Assembly (NCBI GenBank): GCA_963663385.2 | Contig: CAXXXD010000004.1 | Coordinates: forward strand, 128,001-192,000 | Source: Oceanispirochaeta sp. | GTDB lineage: Bacteria; Spirochaetota; Spirochaetia; DSM-2461 | Reading direction: 5' to 3' | Length of the DNA: 64,000 nucleotides | In this document: piece after piece, positions 47,125-56,984 of the stretch | How the letters are laid out: each line of letters opens with the position of its first letter | Position numbering within the stretch: the first letter of the stretch is position 1 | Translations under genes and position numbers: made by a program | The notes under the pieces: generated by a model | What the model was told of the DNA's origin: nothing | The model's database searches: none | What the model saw: the letters and a program-made list of their open reading frames with translations, nothing else

Positions 47125-48720
47125 TTATTTATTGTCTGCTATAATGGTTTCTCCGGCCAGTTTACCGAATACGGTAATATCAGTCAGAGCATTACCGCCC
47201 AGACGATTGGAGCCGTGAATACCGCCGACAATCTCTCCGGCCGCATAAAGACCGGGGATGACACTGCCTTCAGTACTCAGAACCCGGGTTTCTGTATCGA
47301 TAGAAAGACCGCCCATGGTATGATGAACCGCGGGGACAACTTTCTGGATGTAGAAAGGCCCGGTTTTAATTTCAGCCATTTTAGCGTTTCTGTTGAACTC
47401 TTTATCGGCTACCTTGGTGTCGGTACCGTTGTTCAGGTAATCGGCGGCGTAGCTGTTGTAGTCGGCTATTGTCTTAGCCAGACCTGCTTTGTCTATTCCA
47501 AAGAAATCCGCCGCGTCATCCAGAGTTTCCGCTTCGATCAGAACCTTGTCATCCATCAGCATCCGGTACTCTTTCCCATAAATCTCCAGAGTCCTGGCCT
47601 CATCCAGGATACTTTTATCCCATACCATGTATCCGTAGCTATCGCTCTGAGCCAGGATCATTTTGGAAACAACATCTCTCCGGTCATTCTCGTTTACGAA
47701 TCTTTTACCTTCAATGTTTACCATGGGAGCCCCGTACATCCTGGTGTCGGCTACAAAGGCAATCTTACCGGTAGTGGGGAAACAGAAGGGGTAGGTCTGG
47801 ATGTATTCCATATGAGTTGTTCCGGCTCCGATCTCTTCTGCCATAAGGATACCGCTTCCCAGATGACCGGGCGCATTGGTGGTTTTAACCCCTTCGCCAA
47901 GATCGTCTCTGTATTTCAGTCTCATATCCGCATTTCCGGCAAAACCGCCGGATGCCAGGACTATACCGTACCCTGCGTTAAATGTCAGCTCCTGACCGGA
48001 TCTGTTTTTCGCTTTTACACCGGTAACACGCCCGTCCGTATCGGTAATCAGAGAAGTAGCCTGCGTATTGACAATGACTTTTACACCCAGTTCATTGGCC
48101 TTCTCATACATCTTGTAGATCATCTGGGAACCTACTCCGCCCTTGACCACCAGGGCGCGGGCTACAGTATGGCCCCCGAAGTGTTTCTGGAAATCATCCA
48201 TAATTTCCACTTCTACAAAGTCTCTGAGCCATTCGGCAGTGGGAAGAGCCCGGTTAACCAGAACGTTTACCAGAGGTACGATACCCTTGTAGTCTCCGCC
48301 CTTCAGTGTATCTTCCTTGTAGAGTTCCCTGCTGTCTTCAATGCCCTGGGCTTTCTGTACCCAGTTTTCAGGAATGTCAAACCCTGCACCGGAGAGAGCG
48401 GTATTACCGCCGACCTTACTTTCCTGTTCCAGTATAACGACACTGGCTCCGGCGGATGCCGCAGAGACAGCTGCGGAAAAACCACCGCCGCCGGCGCCGA
48501 TAACGACTACATCAAAGCTCTGCTCTGTTTCTTTTTCGGCCTTGGGGTCGATTACTGGCAGTTTATACAGACCGGATTCATCAATGGCAGCTGATGCCTG
48601 GGAAGTGGAATCTACCGCTCCCGCTGTTTTCTCTTCGTTTGATTCCTGTGTTCTGGGGGCACATCCGGCAAACAGCAGAGCCGCCAGTACGGTGTACAGT
48701 ATCAATTTGAATCTTTTCAT
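47125..48720 (-). CDS. Lipoprotein fumarate-reductase-like FAD flavoprotein (enoate reductase candidate)
   Basis: Lipobox LLFAGC; GAGGGG, FGGHT, IQTYP, VHHTMGG, GSNRLGGNA; no heme motif. Confidence 0.85.
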   Translation of the reverse strand: MKRFKLILYTVLAALLFAGCAPRTQESNEEKTAGAVDSTSQASAAIDESGLYKLPVIDPKAEKETEQSFDVVVIGAGGGGFSAAVSAASAGASVVILEQESKVGGNTALSGAGFDIPENWVQKAQGIEDSRELYKEDTLKGGDYKGIVPLVNVLVNRALPTAEWLRDFVEVEIMDDFQKHFGGHTVARALVVKGGVGSQMIYKMYEKANELGVKVIVNTQATSLITDTDGRVTGVKAKNRSGQELTFNAGYGIVLASGGFAGNADMRLKYRDDLGEGVKTTNAPGHLGSGILMAEEIGAGTTHMEYIQTYPFCFPTTGKIAFVADTRMYGAPMVNIEGKRFVNENDRRDVVSKMILAQSDSYGYMVWDKSILDEARTLEIYGKEYRMLMDDKVLIEAETLDDAADFFGIDKAGLAKTIADYNSYAADYLNNGTDTKVADKEFNRNAKMAEIKTGPFYIQKVVPAVHHTMGGLSIDTETRVLSTEGSVIPGLYAAGEIVGGIHGSNRLGGNALTDITVFGKLAGETIIADNK

Positions 48721-48839
48721 TGTTTGATTTACTCCTTTTCAGGTAAAAAATATTGAACAACATTCCTGATTTATGAATTGCAGAAATAGTCCTTTCTCCG
48801 TTTTGTCTGCCAAAAATACAAATGAAGTACATTCTGATT

Positions 48840-48862
48840 TAAATAGACGAATAGTCTATTTA
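48840..48862. promoter_or_regulatory. Palindromic TetR (AcuR/NemR-like) operator, copy 1
   Basis: TAAATAGAC-gaata-GTCTATTTA between the divergent flavoprotein and acuR genes. Confidence 0.75.
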
Positions 48863-48942
48863 TTTGGCAATGGATCTACTATATACTGTCCGACAGAGTC
48901 ACTGTCAATATATTTAGTGAAAAAATTATCGATAAAGGTCAT

Positions 48943-49599
48943 ATGGATACGAATCAGAATACACCAAAGAGAAAGAGAGGCCGGCCTCCCAAGGATAAAC
49001 AGGGATACAATGAAACAAGGGAGGCTCTTATCCTCGCCGGGCTGGAATCCCTTACAGAGAAAGGGTTTGTCTCATCCAGCATTGATGAAGTGCTGAAGAA
49101 GGTATCCATTCCGAAAGGCTCGTATTATCATTACTTTCCCAGCAAGGAAGAATTCGGCAAGGAACTGATGGAAAGGTATATTTCCTATTTTGCCAATAAG
49201 CTTAGAAAGCATCTGGAGGATGAATCCCTTTCTCCCCTGGAGCGTCTGGAGTCCTTTGTCTGCAATGCAGCACGTGGAATGGAGCGTTATAACTTCAAAC
49301 GGGGATGCCTGATCGGGAACCTGGGACAGGAGATGAGCGTTATTCCGGAGAGTTTCCGGGACAGGCTCAAAGAGGGGTTTGATCTCTGGCAGGATATTGT
49401 GGCCCGGTGTCTGGAAGAAGCAAAACAGGATGGCAGAATCCATTCCGGAGCAGACTGCAGGAAGCTGGCCGAGATATTCTGGACAGGTTGGGAAGGCGCT
49501 GTGATGAGAGCAAAGATAGATCAGAGCAAAGAACCTTTATTTCAGTTTCATCGTTTTTTTCTGAATTGTATTCTGAATAATAGTGTCCCTTTTACCTAG
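48943..49599 (+). CDS. acuR: TetR-family acrylate utilisation regulator
   Basis: RGRPPK, LTEKGF, PKGSYYHYF, RGCLIGNLGQE, FWTGWEGAVMRAK; adjacent to acuI. Confidence 0.8.
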   Translation: MDTNQNTPKRKRGRPPKDKQGYNETREALILAGLESLTEKGFVSSSIDEVLKKVSIPKGSYYHYFPSKEEFGKELMERYISYFANKLRKHLEDESLSPLERLESFVCNAARGMERYNFKRGCLIGNLGQEMSVIPESFRDRLKEGFDLWQDIVARCLEEAKQDGRIHSGADCRKLAEIFWTGWEGAVMRAKIDQSKEPLFQFHRFFLNCILNNSVPFT

Positions 49600-49719
49600 A
49601 GATGCTCTCTAAAGATTTGTTCTGAAGCCGCTACCGGAACCATACTCATATTCTGTAAAATAGTACGGAGCATTGCATTCTATTGATAATTCTAAATGTG
49701 AACTGTCTTGTTATTGATT

Positions 49720-49743
49720 TAAATAGACGATTAGTCTAATTTA
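49720..49743. promoter_or_regulatory. Palindromic TetR operator, copy 2 (upstream of acuI)
   Basis: TAAATAGACGATTAGTCTAATTTA, nearly identical to copy 1 including flanks (TGATT...TATTTG). Confidence 0.75.
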
Positions 49744-49838
49744 TTTGAATACGGGATAGAAAACATAAAAACGCAGAAAAAATGCTCGGCGAAATAGCTG
49801 AACTGAGCGAAATCATAACTGTTAATCAGGGAGAAAAC

Positions 49839-50819
49839 ATGTTTAAGGGAATACTTATCGAGAAAGACGGGGATCATTATTGTGCAGCCCTTAAAGATAT
49901 TGATGAAGCCGGGCTTCCTGAAGGGGATGTTACGGTCAAAGTGGAGTATTCAACCCTGAATTACAAGGATGCCCTGGCTGTTACCGGCAGGGGCCGGGTT
50001 ATACGGGATTTCCCCATGATTCCCGGTATTGATATGGCGGGAGAGGTTTTATCATCCAGCAATCCCGAATTTCAGGCGGGGGATAAGGTTCTTCTAAACG
50101 GATGGGGAGTTGGTGAGAAACATTGGGGAGGGCTGGCGGAAAAGGCCCGGGTTAAGGGGAAATGGCTGATTCCCCTTCCTTCCGGACTCTCTCCGGAAAA
50201 AGCCATGACCATCGGTACAGCCGGTTATACGGCTATGCTCTGTATTCTCGCTTTGGAGGAGAACGGCGTAACCCCGGACAACGGGGAGATACTCGTGACC
50301 GGGGCTACCGGAGGTGTGGGAAGTTTTGCTATATCCCTGCTGGCAAAAGCAGGTTTCAAAGTAGTTGCCATGACCGGAAAGAGGGATGCGGAATCCTATC
50401 TGAAAGAACTGGGCGCTGCCGAAGTGATTGACCGTGCGGAATACTCCGAACCGGGAAGACCTCTGGAGCATGAACGCTGGGCCGGTGTTGTTGATGTGGC
50501 CGGCGGTTATATTCTGGCCAATGCCTGCGCCGCTGTAAAATACGGCGGTACGGTAACAGCCTGTGGCCTGGCGGGAAGCATGGATCTGCCGGCAACTGTT
50601 GCTCCCTTTATTCTGCGGGGCGTAACTCTGGCTGGAATTGACAGCGTTATGTGTCCTGTGGAAAGAAGAAAAAAAGCCTGGTCACGCCTGGCGCTGGAAA
50701 CGGAGGACCTGGAATTCGATTTGATTGCCCGGGAGATAAGACTTGAGGATGTGCCGGATGTCTCCCGTGATCTGCTGGATGGGAAGATCACAGGAAGGCG
50801 GCTGGTGCGGATCGCTTAA
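49839..50819 (+). CDS. acuI: Acryloyl-CoA reductase (YhdH/AcuI, MDR family)
   Basis: YSTLNYKDAL, GWGVGEKHWGGLA, IGTAGYTAM, TGATGGVGS, PFILRGV..GIDSV. Confidence 0.88.
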   Translation: MFKGILIEKDGDHYCAALKDIDEAGLPEGDVTVKVEYSTLNYKDALAVTGRGRVIRDFPMIPGIDMAGEVLSSSNPEFQAGDKVLLNGWGVGEKHWGGLAEKARVKGKWLIPLPSGLSPEKAMTIGTAGYTAMLCILALEENGVTPDNGEILVTGATGGVGSFAISLLAKAGFKVVAMTGKRDAESYLKELGAAEVIDRAEYSEPGRPLEHERWAGVVDVAGGYILANACAAVKYGGTVTACGLAGSMDLPATVAPFILRGVTLAGIDSVMCPVERRKKAWSRLALETEDLEFDLIAREIRLEDVPDVSRDLLDGKITGRRLVRIA

Positions 50820-51904
50820 ACAATCAAACCAAGTTCAGCCAGGGCATCTGTCATCTCCTGTTTTGGAGAGTCAGATACCGGCAGTTTTGTTCCTGTAATT
50901 TTTTCGGTCAGATCAATATAGAGCCGGCTGACTTCCATCATCTGTTCATCCTTCAGGCGGAAGGTCTCGGCAAGAGCTTTCCGTTCATCCATCCGGTTTT
51001 TGTTCAGCAGGACATCTTTGTCGGGAACACTGGCCTGGAGCATTTCCCGGAAGAACTCTTTGGAATCCTCCCGGATTTCCCCTTTGTCATAAAGGGCTTT
51101 GTCCCAGTAACGGGAGGAATCGGGGGTGCCGATCTCATCTATATAGATCATCCTGGCTCTATCTCCCTCTCCGCTGAAACCGAACTCAAACTTGGTGTCT
51201 ACAAATACTTTACCGATTTTTTCCAGCTCCCGGGATATCAGGCTGAATCCTTGGGAGAGCAGTTTTTCATAAGTCGTCACATCTTCCGCATTACGGAAGT
51301 TAAAGGCCTGGAGATTACCAAGAATCTGATCGCGGGTGATATTTACATCATCGATTTCGGGGATCCCTTCCACTCCGCTGATAATACCCTTTGTGGAGGG
51401 AGTGAGTAGAAGCTTGTCCAGTTTCTGATTCTTTTTTAAACCCTCCGGCAGGGTGATACCGCAGATATCCCGGTCTCCCTTCTCATAGGAACGCCACATG
51501 CTGCCTGTTATATACTGCCGGGCGATGGCTTCCACCATGACAGGCCGGGCTTTGCGGACAATCCAGACCAGGGGATGGGGATTATCTACAATATGATTCC
51601 CTGCCAGGCCTTCTTCTTCAAATCGGGTAAACCAGTAACGGGCTATGGTATTGAGAGCGGCGCCTTTGCCCGGAATCCCCTTTAATCCCCCCTCGCTCTG
51701 CCAGACGCATTCATAAGCGGAAATCCTGTCGCTGATGATCATAACCGCCAGTTCTTCATTTTCAAGGCCATAGCGACTGCACAGGCGCTTGTTGTCCTCA
51801 TCCGTCAGCCAGTATACAGACCGGACTTTCCCTGAATGGATCTTTCCTGCATGTCTGATGGGCAGGTCATCTGTATTCACCAGCGCTTTGTCTGTTATTG
51901 CCAT
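50816..51904 (-). CDS. purC: SAICAR synthase, long (Vibrio-type) form
   Basis: HSGKVRSVY, SDRISA, YITGSMWR, TPSTK, DTKFEFG, DEIGTPDSSR. Confidence 0.92.
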   Translation of the reverse strand: MAITDKALVNTDDLPIRHAGKIHSGKVRSVYWLTDEDNKRLCSRYGLENEELAVMIISDRISAYECVWQSEGGLKGIPGKGAALNTIARYWFTRFEEEGLAGNHIVDNPHPLVWIVRKARPVMVEAIARQYITGSMWRSYEKGDRDICGITLPEGLKKNQKLDKLLLTPSTKGIISGVEGIPEIDDVNITRDQILGNLQAFNFRNAEDVTTYEKLLSQGFSLISRELEKIGKVFVDTKFEFGFSGEGDRARMIYIDEIGTPDSSRYWDKALYDKGEIREDSKEFFREMLQASVPDKDVLLNKNRMDERKALAETFRLKDEQMMEVSRLYIDLTEKITGTKLPVSDSPKQEMTDALAELGLIV

Positions 51905-52059
51905 CGATTATCCCCCGTTATCCAGATGCTTATTTTCTATTCTGTTAAAAATCCGGTTAAGCTGAAATATGAAACAATAGTAAAATCTTCATTCATACGG
52001 ATTTACTCATGATTTATACTACTTGTCTGACCTCTTTATCAATAGCCTGGAGAGCTAAA

Positions 52060-52323
52060 TCATGCCATCGCCATGCTTCTTTCCCGTATCTCCCAGCATA
52101 TGGCAAAATACAGGTCATCAAAGAGTTCCATTTCCACCCCGGCTTCTTCCATCCTCTTTTTTATTACCCGTTCTGTGGCTTCCAGGTACATCCACCCCAG
52201 GGGATCGGTGTTCCGATTGCCGGTTATGGATGATCGCCATCCGTCATAGCGCGGTTTTACACTGCTGTAGAGATCGAGTATGGCGCTTTGCATTATATAG
52301 CTCATGTCTGTATTCATAGGCAT
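52060..52323 (-). CDS. Hypothetical protein
   Basis: 87-aa ORF filling an intergenic gap; no recognisable motif. Confidence 0.45.
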   Translation of the reverse strand: MPMNTDMSYIMQSAILDLYSSVKPRYDGWRSSITGNRNTDPLGWMYLEATERVIKKRMEEAGVEMELFDDLYFAICWEIRERSMAMA

Positions 52324-52412
52324 AAGTTAAAGGTCCCGTGTGACAAACCCTGGCACATGAAGTGAGATTTCCGGGATAATAACTGTTATACTTGCCGGCA
52401 AAGGAGTACGTT

Positions 52413-52589
52413 ATGTCAGATAATGCAGAAAAGGGCTGCCTGGAATATAAGCTGGAACGGATAAGGGAGCAGGAAGAGCTTATCGCTGCCTATCAGCAGA
52501 AGCTGAAGGATAATCCGGCGGATGCAGAGACGGCCGTAACCATAATGACTCTTCAGGTTGCTCTGGAAGAGTTGAAGAGCAACCTTTGA
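52413..52589 (+). CDS. Small helical hypothetical protein
   Basis: AAGGAG SD before ATG 52413. Confidence 0.55.
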   Translation: MSDNAEKGCLEYKLERIREQEELIAAYQQKLKDNPADAETAVTIMTLQVALEELKSNL

Positions 52590-52612
52590 ATTCTGATGGG
52601 ACTGAATACTCC

Positions 52613-53275
52613 CTAATCTATCAGTTTCTGTAGATCCTCAATCTTATTAATCCTTAATCCGGGGTATCCGCTTCCAATCGTATTTTCATCAATCAGTTCT
52701 TTCATTACCCTGTTTAAGTGCCTGTATGTTGTTCCCAGCATTGAGGCCAGTGCTTCTTTTTCCGGTAGAATAATCACACTCCCGTTGGCGACATCAGGTT
52801 TGGACAGTATATAGAGAGCAAGTCTTGATTTTACCGGAACCAGATGACCGAGACGCAGGGTTGTTGAATTATGGAGTTTTTCAACCAGACCTTTACATAG
52901 AAATTTAAGGAAAATCGGGTCGTTAAGTCCCTCTTTTCGGGCAACAGGTACAGGAATCCCCAATACTTTAGATGGGCAGGTTGTTACAACGGAGGTCATA
53001 GTCAGGTCGTTGCCAATGATTTCAACATCTCCCAGTATGGCAAAAGGGTGCATCATCGCGACTACTGCCAGAGTTCCGTTTGAATTGTAATGGGCACACT
53101 TGATTTGACCATCCACCAGAAAGTACAGATAGGATATTTCTGTCTGTTCTCTCATAATTGTATCATAGGCGTTAAAATGGAACAGTTGCAGGTGTTCTAT
53201 TAATTTTTCGTTCAGGAAGCGGTCCATCCTGAATCTGTCTATATAGTCCCTGATTTCACTACCGGATAACACCAT
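52613..53275 (-). CDS. Crp/Fnr-family regulator (YeiL-like)
   Basis: YLYFLVDG, LGDVE, RLALYIL, LASMLGTTYRHLNRV. Confidence 0.85.
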   Translation of the reverse strand: MVLSGSEIRDYIDRFRMDRFLNEKLIEHLQLFHFNAYDTIMREQTEISYLYFLVDGQIKCAHYNSNGTLAVVAMMHPFAILGDVEIIGNDLTMTSVVTTCPSKVLGIPVPVARKEGLNDPIFLKFLCKGLVEKLHNSTTLRLGHLVPVKSRLALYILSKPDVANGSVIILPEKEALASMLGTTYRHLNRVMKELIDENTIGSGYPGLRINKIEDLQKLID

Positions 53276-53333
53276 AATTCCTCTCGTTTTCTGATGGATA
53301 ATCTAATTATAGTTCATTGGGAAGAAAATGATT

Positions 53334-53347
53334 AAGACATATGTCCT
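53334..53347. promoter_or_regulatory. Palindrome upstream of the Crp/Fnr gene, possible operator
   Basis: AAGACATATGTCCT with a perfect 10-bp core GACATATGTC. Confidence 0.4.
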
Positions 53348-53407
53348 GGAGTTGATTTCTATCCGGGAGTAAATTCTATTTATGGCTGATCTGAAGGAGA
53401 GTACAGG

Positions 53408-53596
53408 ATGTATGAAGGGTATGGGAAAAAAAAGGAGAGAATATCCGGGAATGATACTAACCTCACTGAAGAGGCAGTAGAAACGGCTGAAGAATCCCTG
53501 TTTTATAAAAGTATAGCAGAAGCTCTCCAGCTGATAGACCTGGAGAAAGATCTTCAAAAACGTTCAGAATTATCAAAAGCTTATAAATCCCGCTGA
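53408..53596 (+). CDS. Small hypothetical protein
   Basis: AAGGAG upstream; 62 aa, highly charged. Confidence 0.4.
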   Translation: MYEGYGKKKERISGNDTNLTEEAVETAEESLFYKSIAEALQLIDLEKDLQKRSELSKAYKSR

Positions 53597-53713
53597 TTTT
53601 ACTCCTGAAAGTTTTAATGATTTTTATTTATTCTCTCGCTATAATACTACCTGCTGGAAACAGTATTAAATCACCATTTTGCTGCTGTACATTAACAAAC
53701 GAGGTTAAAGATC

Positions 53714-54316
53714 ATGCCCGGTACTAGCGAAAAAGAAAACTATCAATCCGATTCCCGGAAACGTAAAGAAAAGGTGGCTGCGGATGTTGCCCGGGCAAAG
53801 GAAGAGCGGGGTATTGTTCTTCTGATCACGGGAAACGGGAAGGGAAAAAGTACCGCCGGGTTCGGTGTGGTGTCCAGAAGTGTCGGGCATGGGTACAAGG
53901 CGGCGGTTGCCCAGTTTATTAAAGGGAAATGGGCCTGCGGGGAGCGGATCCTTCTGGAGGAAAAGGGGGTCCCCTTTTCGGTCATGGCTACGGGATTTAC
54001 CTGGAATACCCAGGACCGGGAGGCTGATATTGCCGCTGCGGAAAAGGTCTGGGCTGAGGCGAAACAGTATCTGGCCGACCCCGGGTATCATGTGGTTCTG
54101 CTGGATGAGCTGACCTATATGCTGGAGTATAAATACCTGGATACGGACGAAGTTCTTCAGACTATTGCCAACAGACCGAAAGAGCAGTCAGTTGTGATTA
54201 CCGGGAGGGGAGCCATCCCCGAACTGAAAGACCTGGCGGATACAGTAAGTGAAATACAGGATATAAAACATGCCTTCCGATCCGGGGTTAAGGCCCGTAA
54301 GGGGATTGACTGGTAG
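53714..54316 (+). CDS. cobO: Cob(I)yrinic acid a,c-diamide adenosyltransferase
   Basis: TGNGKGKSTAGFG, QFIKG, TGFTW, LDEL, ITGR, KHAF, GIDW. Confidence 0.93.
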   Translation: MPGTSEKENYQSDSRKRKEKVAADVARAKEERGIVLLITGNGKGKSTAGFGVVSRSVGHGYKAAVAQFIKGKWACGERILLEEKGVPFSVMATGFTWNTQDREADIAAAEKVWAEAKQYLADPGYHVVLLDELTYMLEYKYLDTDEVLQTIANRPKEQSVVITGRGAIPELKDLADTVSEIQDIKHAFRSGVKARKGIDW

Positions 54317-54343
54317 GGAAATATGACAGTCATTGCCGGATGA

Positions 54344-56044
54344 CTAATTCGTAATAAACCTGTTAATCTCCTTGCTCAGAATCAGAACATTATCCCGGTT
54401 TTCCGCATTAAGGTTCATAACAGTTCCAATTCGCTGGTTGATGTTATTGGAACTCTCTTCGATCTCCTTGATATCCTTGCGGACCACTTCCGCTATGTCA
54501 TTGATTTTCTTCATGGAGTCTTTGATAATCTCTGTCCCTTCCAGCATTTCCACAGAACCCTTATCAACTTCTCCTGAAATATCCTGAAGGGTGCCTATCA
54601 TATGCAGAACATTGGAGCTGCCCAGAGCCATTTCAGACATGGAGCCGGAAATCTCTACGAACGCACTCGTTACTTCTTCAATTCCTTTCAGGATACTTTC
54701 AAAGGCTGATCTAGTGGCTTCGGCGGAATCCTGCAGCAGGGCCACCCGGTTGATGGACTCTTTCAGGGTGAGGTTTATCTGTTTGGCGTTGTCTGAAGTT
54801 GATTCGGCAAGATTCCGGATCTCCGATGCTACAACAGCGAAGCCCTTCCCGTATTCGCCGGCATGGGCTGCTTCAATAGCCGCATTCATGGAAAGCAGGT
54901 TGGTTTTGGAGGCGATAGCATTTATGACATTGACGACCTGAAGCATATTATCCACGTCACCGGCAATATTCTGAATAATGGCGTTGGTATTCTCCAGTTT
55001 TTCCCGCCCCTCTTCCGTTAACTTCACTACCTGATCTGTCGATTGAATCTTGTCCTCGGAAACCCTGCTGATATTGGTCACCGCAGAGGCAATCTCTTCA
55101 ATTCCGGCAGAACTCTCATGAATTGCCTCTGACTGTACCGCAATCTTGCTGTTTAAACCGTTAAGATTGGATAGAACCTGATCTATAGCTGCTGTGGAGT
55201 CGGAAATCCTGTTGTTCAGATGATCAAACTGTTCGCTTATGGATTTGATACTGCCGGTAATTTCTTCAACCTCCCGGACAGAATGGTCTACATGGGAATA
55301 GATCTCATCTCCTGTTTCGGCTGTTTTATTGAAGGATATTTTTAAGTCGGTGATGATATGATTCAACGACCCGGAAAAAATATTGAAAAAACGTGACAGT
55401 TGACCGATTTCATCATCAGACCGCACTGTCAGTACCTTCGTCAGGTCTCCCGCTCCTTCAGAAATATCTTTCAGTCCGGAACTAACGGTATAAAGGGGGT
55501 TGAGCACAAGAAAGTGTAAAACAATGACGGTAATCAGAATAAGCACAATCCCCAGGATAACTGATTGGACAATAACCGTTACCATTTCATCCAGTAAGCG
55601 GCTGCGAATCCCGGAATCCGTAACATAGGCTGTCAGTACGCCCAGGGGTTCGTCCTCCATTACAATTTTCATCGAATCCTTCAGGTAGTAATCCTCCGGA
55701 TCAAGCCCATGTTCATCCCAGGAAATGAACTCGGAAATCTCATCTGTTGCGGTTTTATATCTTCCCAGCAACAGATTGTCATTCTGATATATCAGAACCG
55801 TCTGAATATTCTCATCCTGCATCCCTTCCACGATCATGGATGCCATATTCTCTTCATTAAAATACCACAGGGGTTCGCTTAAGCTCTCAGAAAGCCGTAT
55901 GACTGATTCCCTGGTACACTGGGTAAGTTCAGACTCCAAACGGTTTTTATTAAAGGAATACGATATGAATGATGAGATGGACAGCAGGATGAATATGGAA
56001 AGAGACTGAACGATTACTATTTTAATTCTTAGATTAAATTTCAT
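54344..56044 (-). CDS. Methyl-accepting chemotaxis protein
   Basis: Two TMs, HAMP (GDLT...DEIG), [33 protein letters not shown]. Confidence 0.93.
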   Translation of the reverse strand: MKFNLRIKIVIVQSLSIFILLSISSFISYSFNKNRLESELTQCTRESVIRLSESLSEPLWYFNEENMASMIVEGMQDENIQTVLIYQNDNLLLGRYKTATDEISEFISWDEHGLDPEDYYLKDSMKIVMEDEPLGVLTAYVTDSGIRSRLLDEMVTVIVQSVILGIVLILITVIVLHFLVLNPLYTVSSGLKDISEGAGDLTKVLTVRSDDEIGQLSRFFNIFSGSLNHIITDLKISFNKTAETGDEIYSHVDHSVREVEEITGSIKSISEQFDHLNNRISDSTAAIDQVLSNLNGLNSKIAVQSEAIHESSAGIEEIASAVTNISRVSEDKIQSTDQVVKLTEEGREKLENTNAIIQNIAGDVDNMLQVVNVINAIASKTNLLSMNAAIEAAHAGEYGKGFAVVASEIRNLAESTSDNAKQINLTLKESINRVALLQDSAEATRSAFESILKGIEEVTSAFVEISGSMSEMALGSSNVLHMIGTLQDISGEVDKGSVEMLEGTEIIKDSMKKINDIAEVVRKDIKEIEESSNNINQRIGTVMNLNAENRDNVLILSKEINRFITN

Positions 56045-56053
56045 ATGGGCCTA

Positions 56054-56803
56054 TTATTCAAAGAGTTCCGAATACCATTCGCCGGAATCCCAGTTCTCAA
56101 ATATGGCAAGCAGCTCCCCGCTTTTCATCATTTCATTTATACGGACATCCCATTTACCGGCCAGCTCCTTACCCCTTTGATTGCCCTGAAAGCACATATA
56201 CAGTTCAAGGTTCTTAATGCTTTCGATCGATACAATATCTGCATACTGGGGGAAATCCTCAATCATGCTCTCCAGTTCGCTGCAGGCGTCAAGGTAATAA
56301 TCCACTCTCCCGGCCTTCAGCATTTTCAATGCGGTCTCACGGTCATCCACCTCAAAAATCTTTATAGGCACATCAATGTACTCATCAAGTTCATAGCCGC
56401 GTATATAGGAACATCTTGTGTCTTTTAATCCGGGTTCACCGCCCCAGGAGGATGAATTCGCGGAAAGGAAGAGGGCGCTTACATCATCTGCATCGAAGAA
56501 TAAATCAGGATACGTCACTCCTTCGATCTCATCCGCATAAGATCCGACCATAACGTCAGCCTGTCCCTTCTGGATCAGGACCGTCGAACGGGCATAGGGG
56601 ACGATTTTGAAATTAACAGAAATCCCCTCTTTTTCAAATACAGCTCTTAAAATATCAAAATAGAGACCTGTCCCATCTGTATTCGTGGCATCTTCCCACT
56701 CTTCCGTTACAACCAGAATCTGATCGGTAGACTGTGCGGTCAGGATTGACGGCATTAAGATGCACAGGATCATGATACAGATCCATCCCGTTTTTCTTTT
56801 CAT
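56054..56803 (-). CDS. Family 3 solute-binding protein, orphan, directly upstream of the MCP
   Basis: Signal peptide, GLYFDIL, VPYARS, LKAGRVDY. Confidence 0.75.
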   Translation of the reverse strand: MKRKTGWICIMILCILMPSILTAQSTDQILVVTEEWEDATNTDGTGLYFDILRAVFEKEGISVNFKIVPYARSTVLIQKGQADVMVGSYADEIEGVTYPDLFFDADDVSALFLSANSSSWGGEPGLKDTRCSYIRGYELDEYIDVPIKIFEVDDRETALKMLKAGRVDYYLDACSELESMIEDFPQYADIVSIESIKNLELYMCFQGNQRGKELAGKWDVRINEMMKSGELLAIFENWDSGEWYSELFE

Positions 56804-56984
56804 TTCAAATTCCTCGCTTATTTATTCACTTATGTTTAATGAGATAATGAATTTTAGTCCTCACTTTCATGAATTACCATTTTTTTTTACAATTTATATA
56901 CTTTTCAGGGGGGCGACTGTCCAGTCAGTCTGCTTTGTAATCTTTGAAATTTGATGCAGGAGCAGACGTGTCTCAGAATGTAGT

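Noticed and set aside
47215..48594. 459-aa plus-strand ORF and many other long antisense ORFs (e.g. 2278-2859, 38150-38920, 40029-40808, 62952-63575)
   Set aside because: Shadows of well-supported genes on the opposite strand; no motifs or SD.
48943..50819. DMSP lyase (ddd) cluster
   Set aside because: No ddd-like gene is recognisable near acuR-acuI in this window.
52339..52360. Sigma54 promoter or CRP site (TGGCAC / TGTGA..GCACA)
   Set aside because: The -12 TTGC is missing and the half-site spacing is wrong.
53600..53713. Cobalamin riboswitch upstream of cobO
   Set aside because: Short AT-rich leader without a B12-box.
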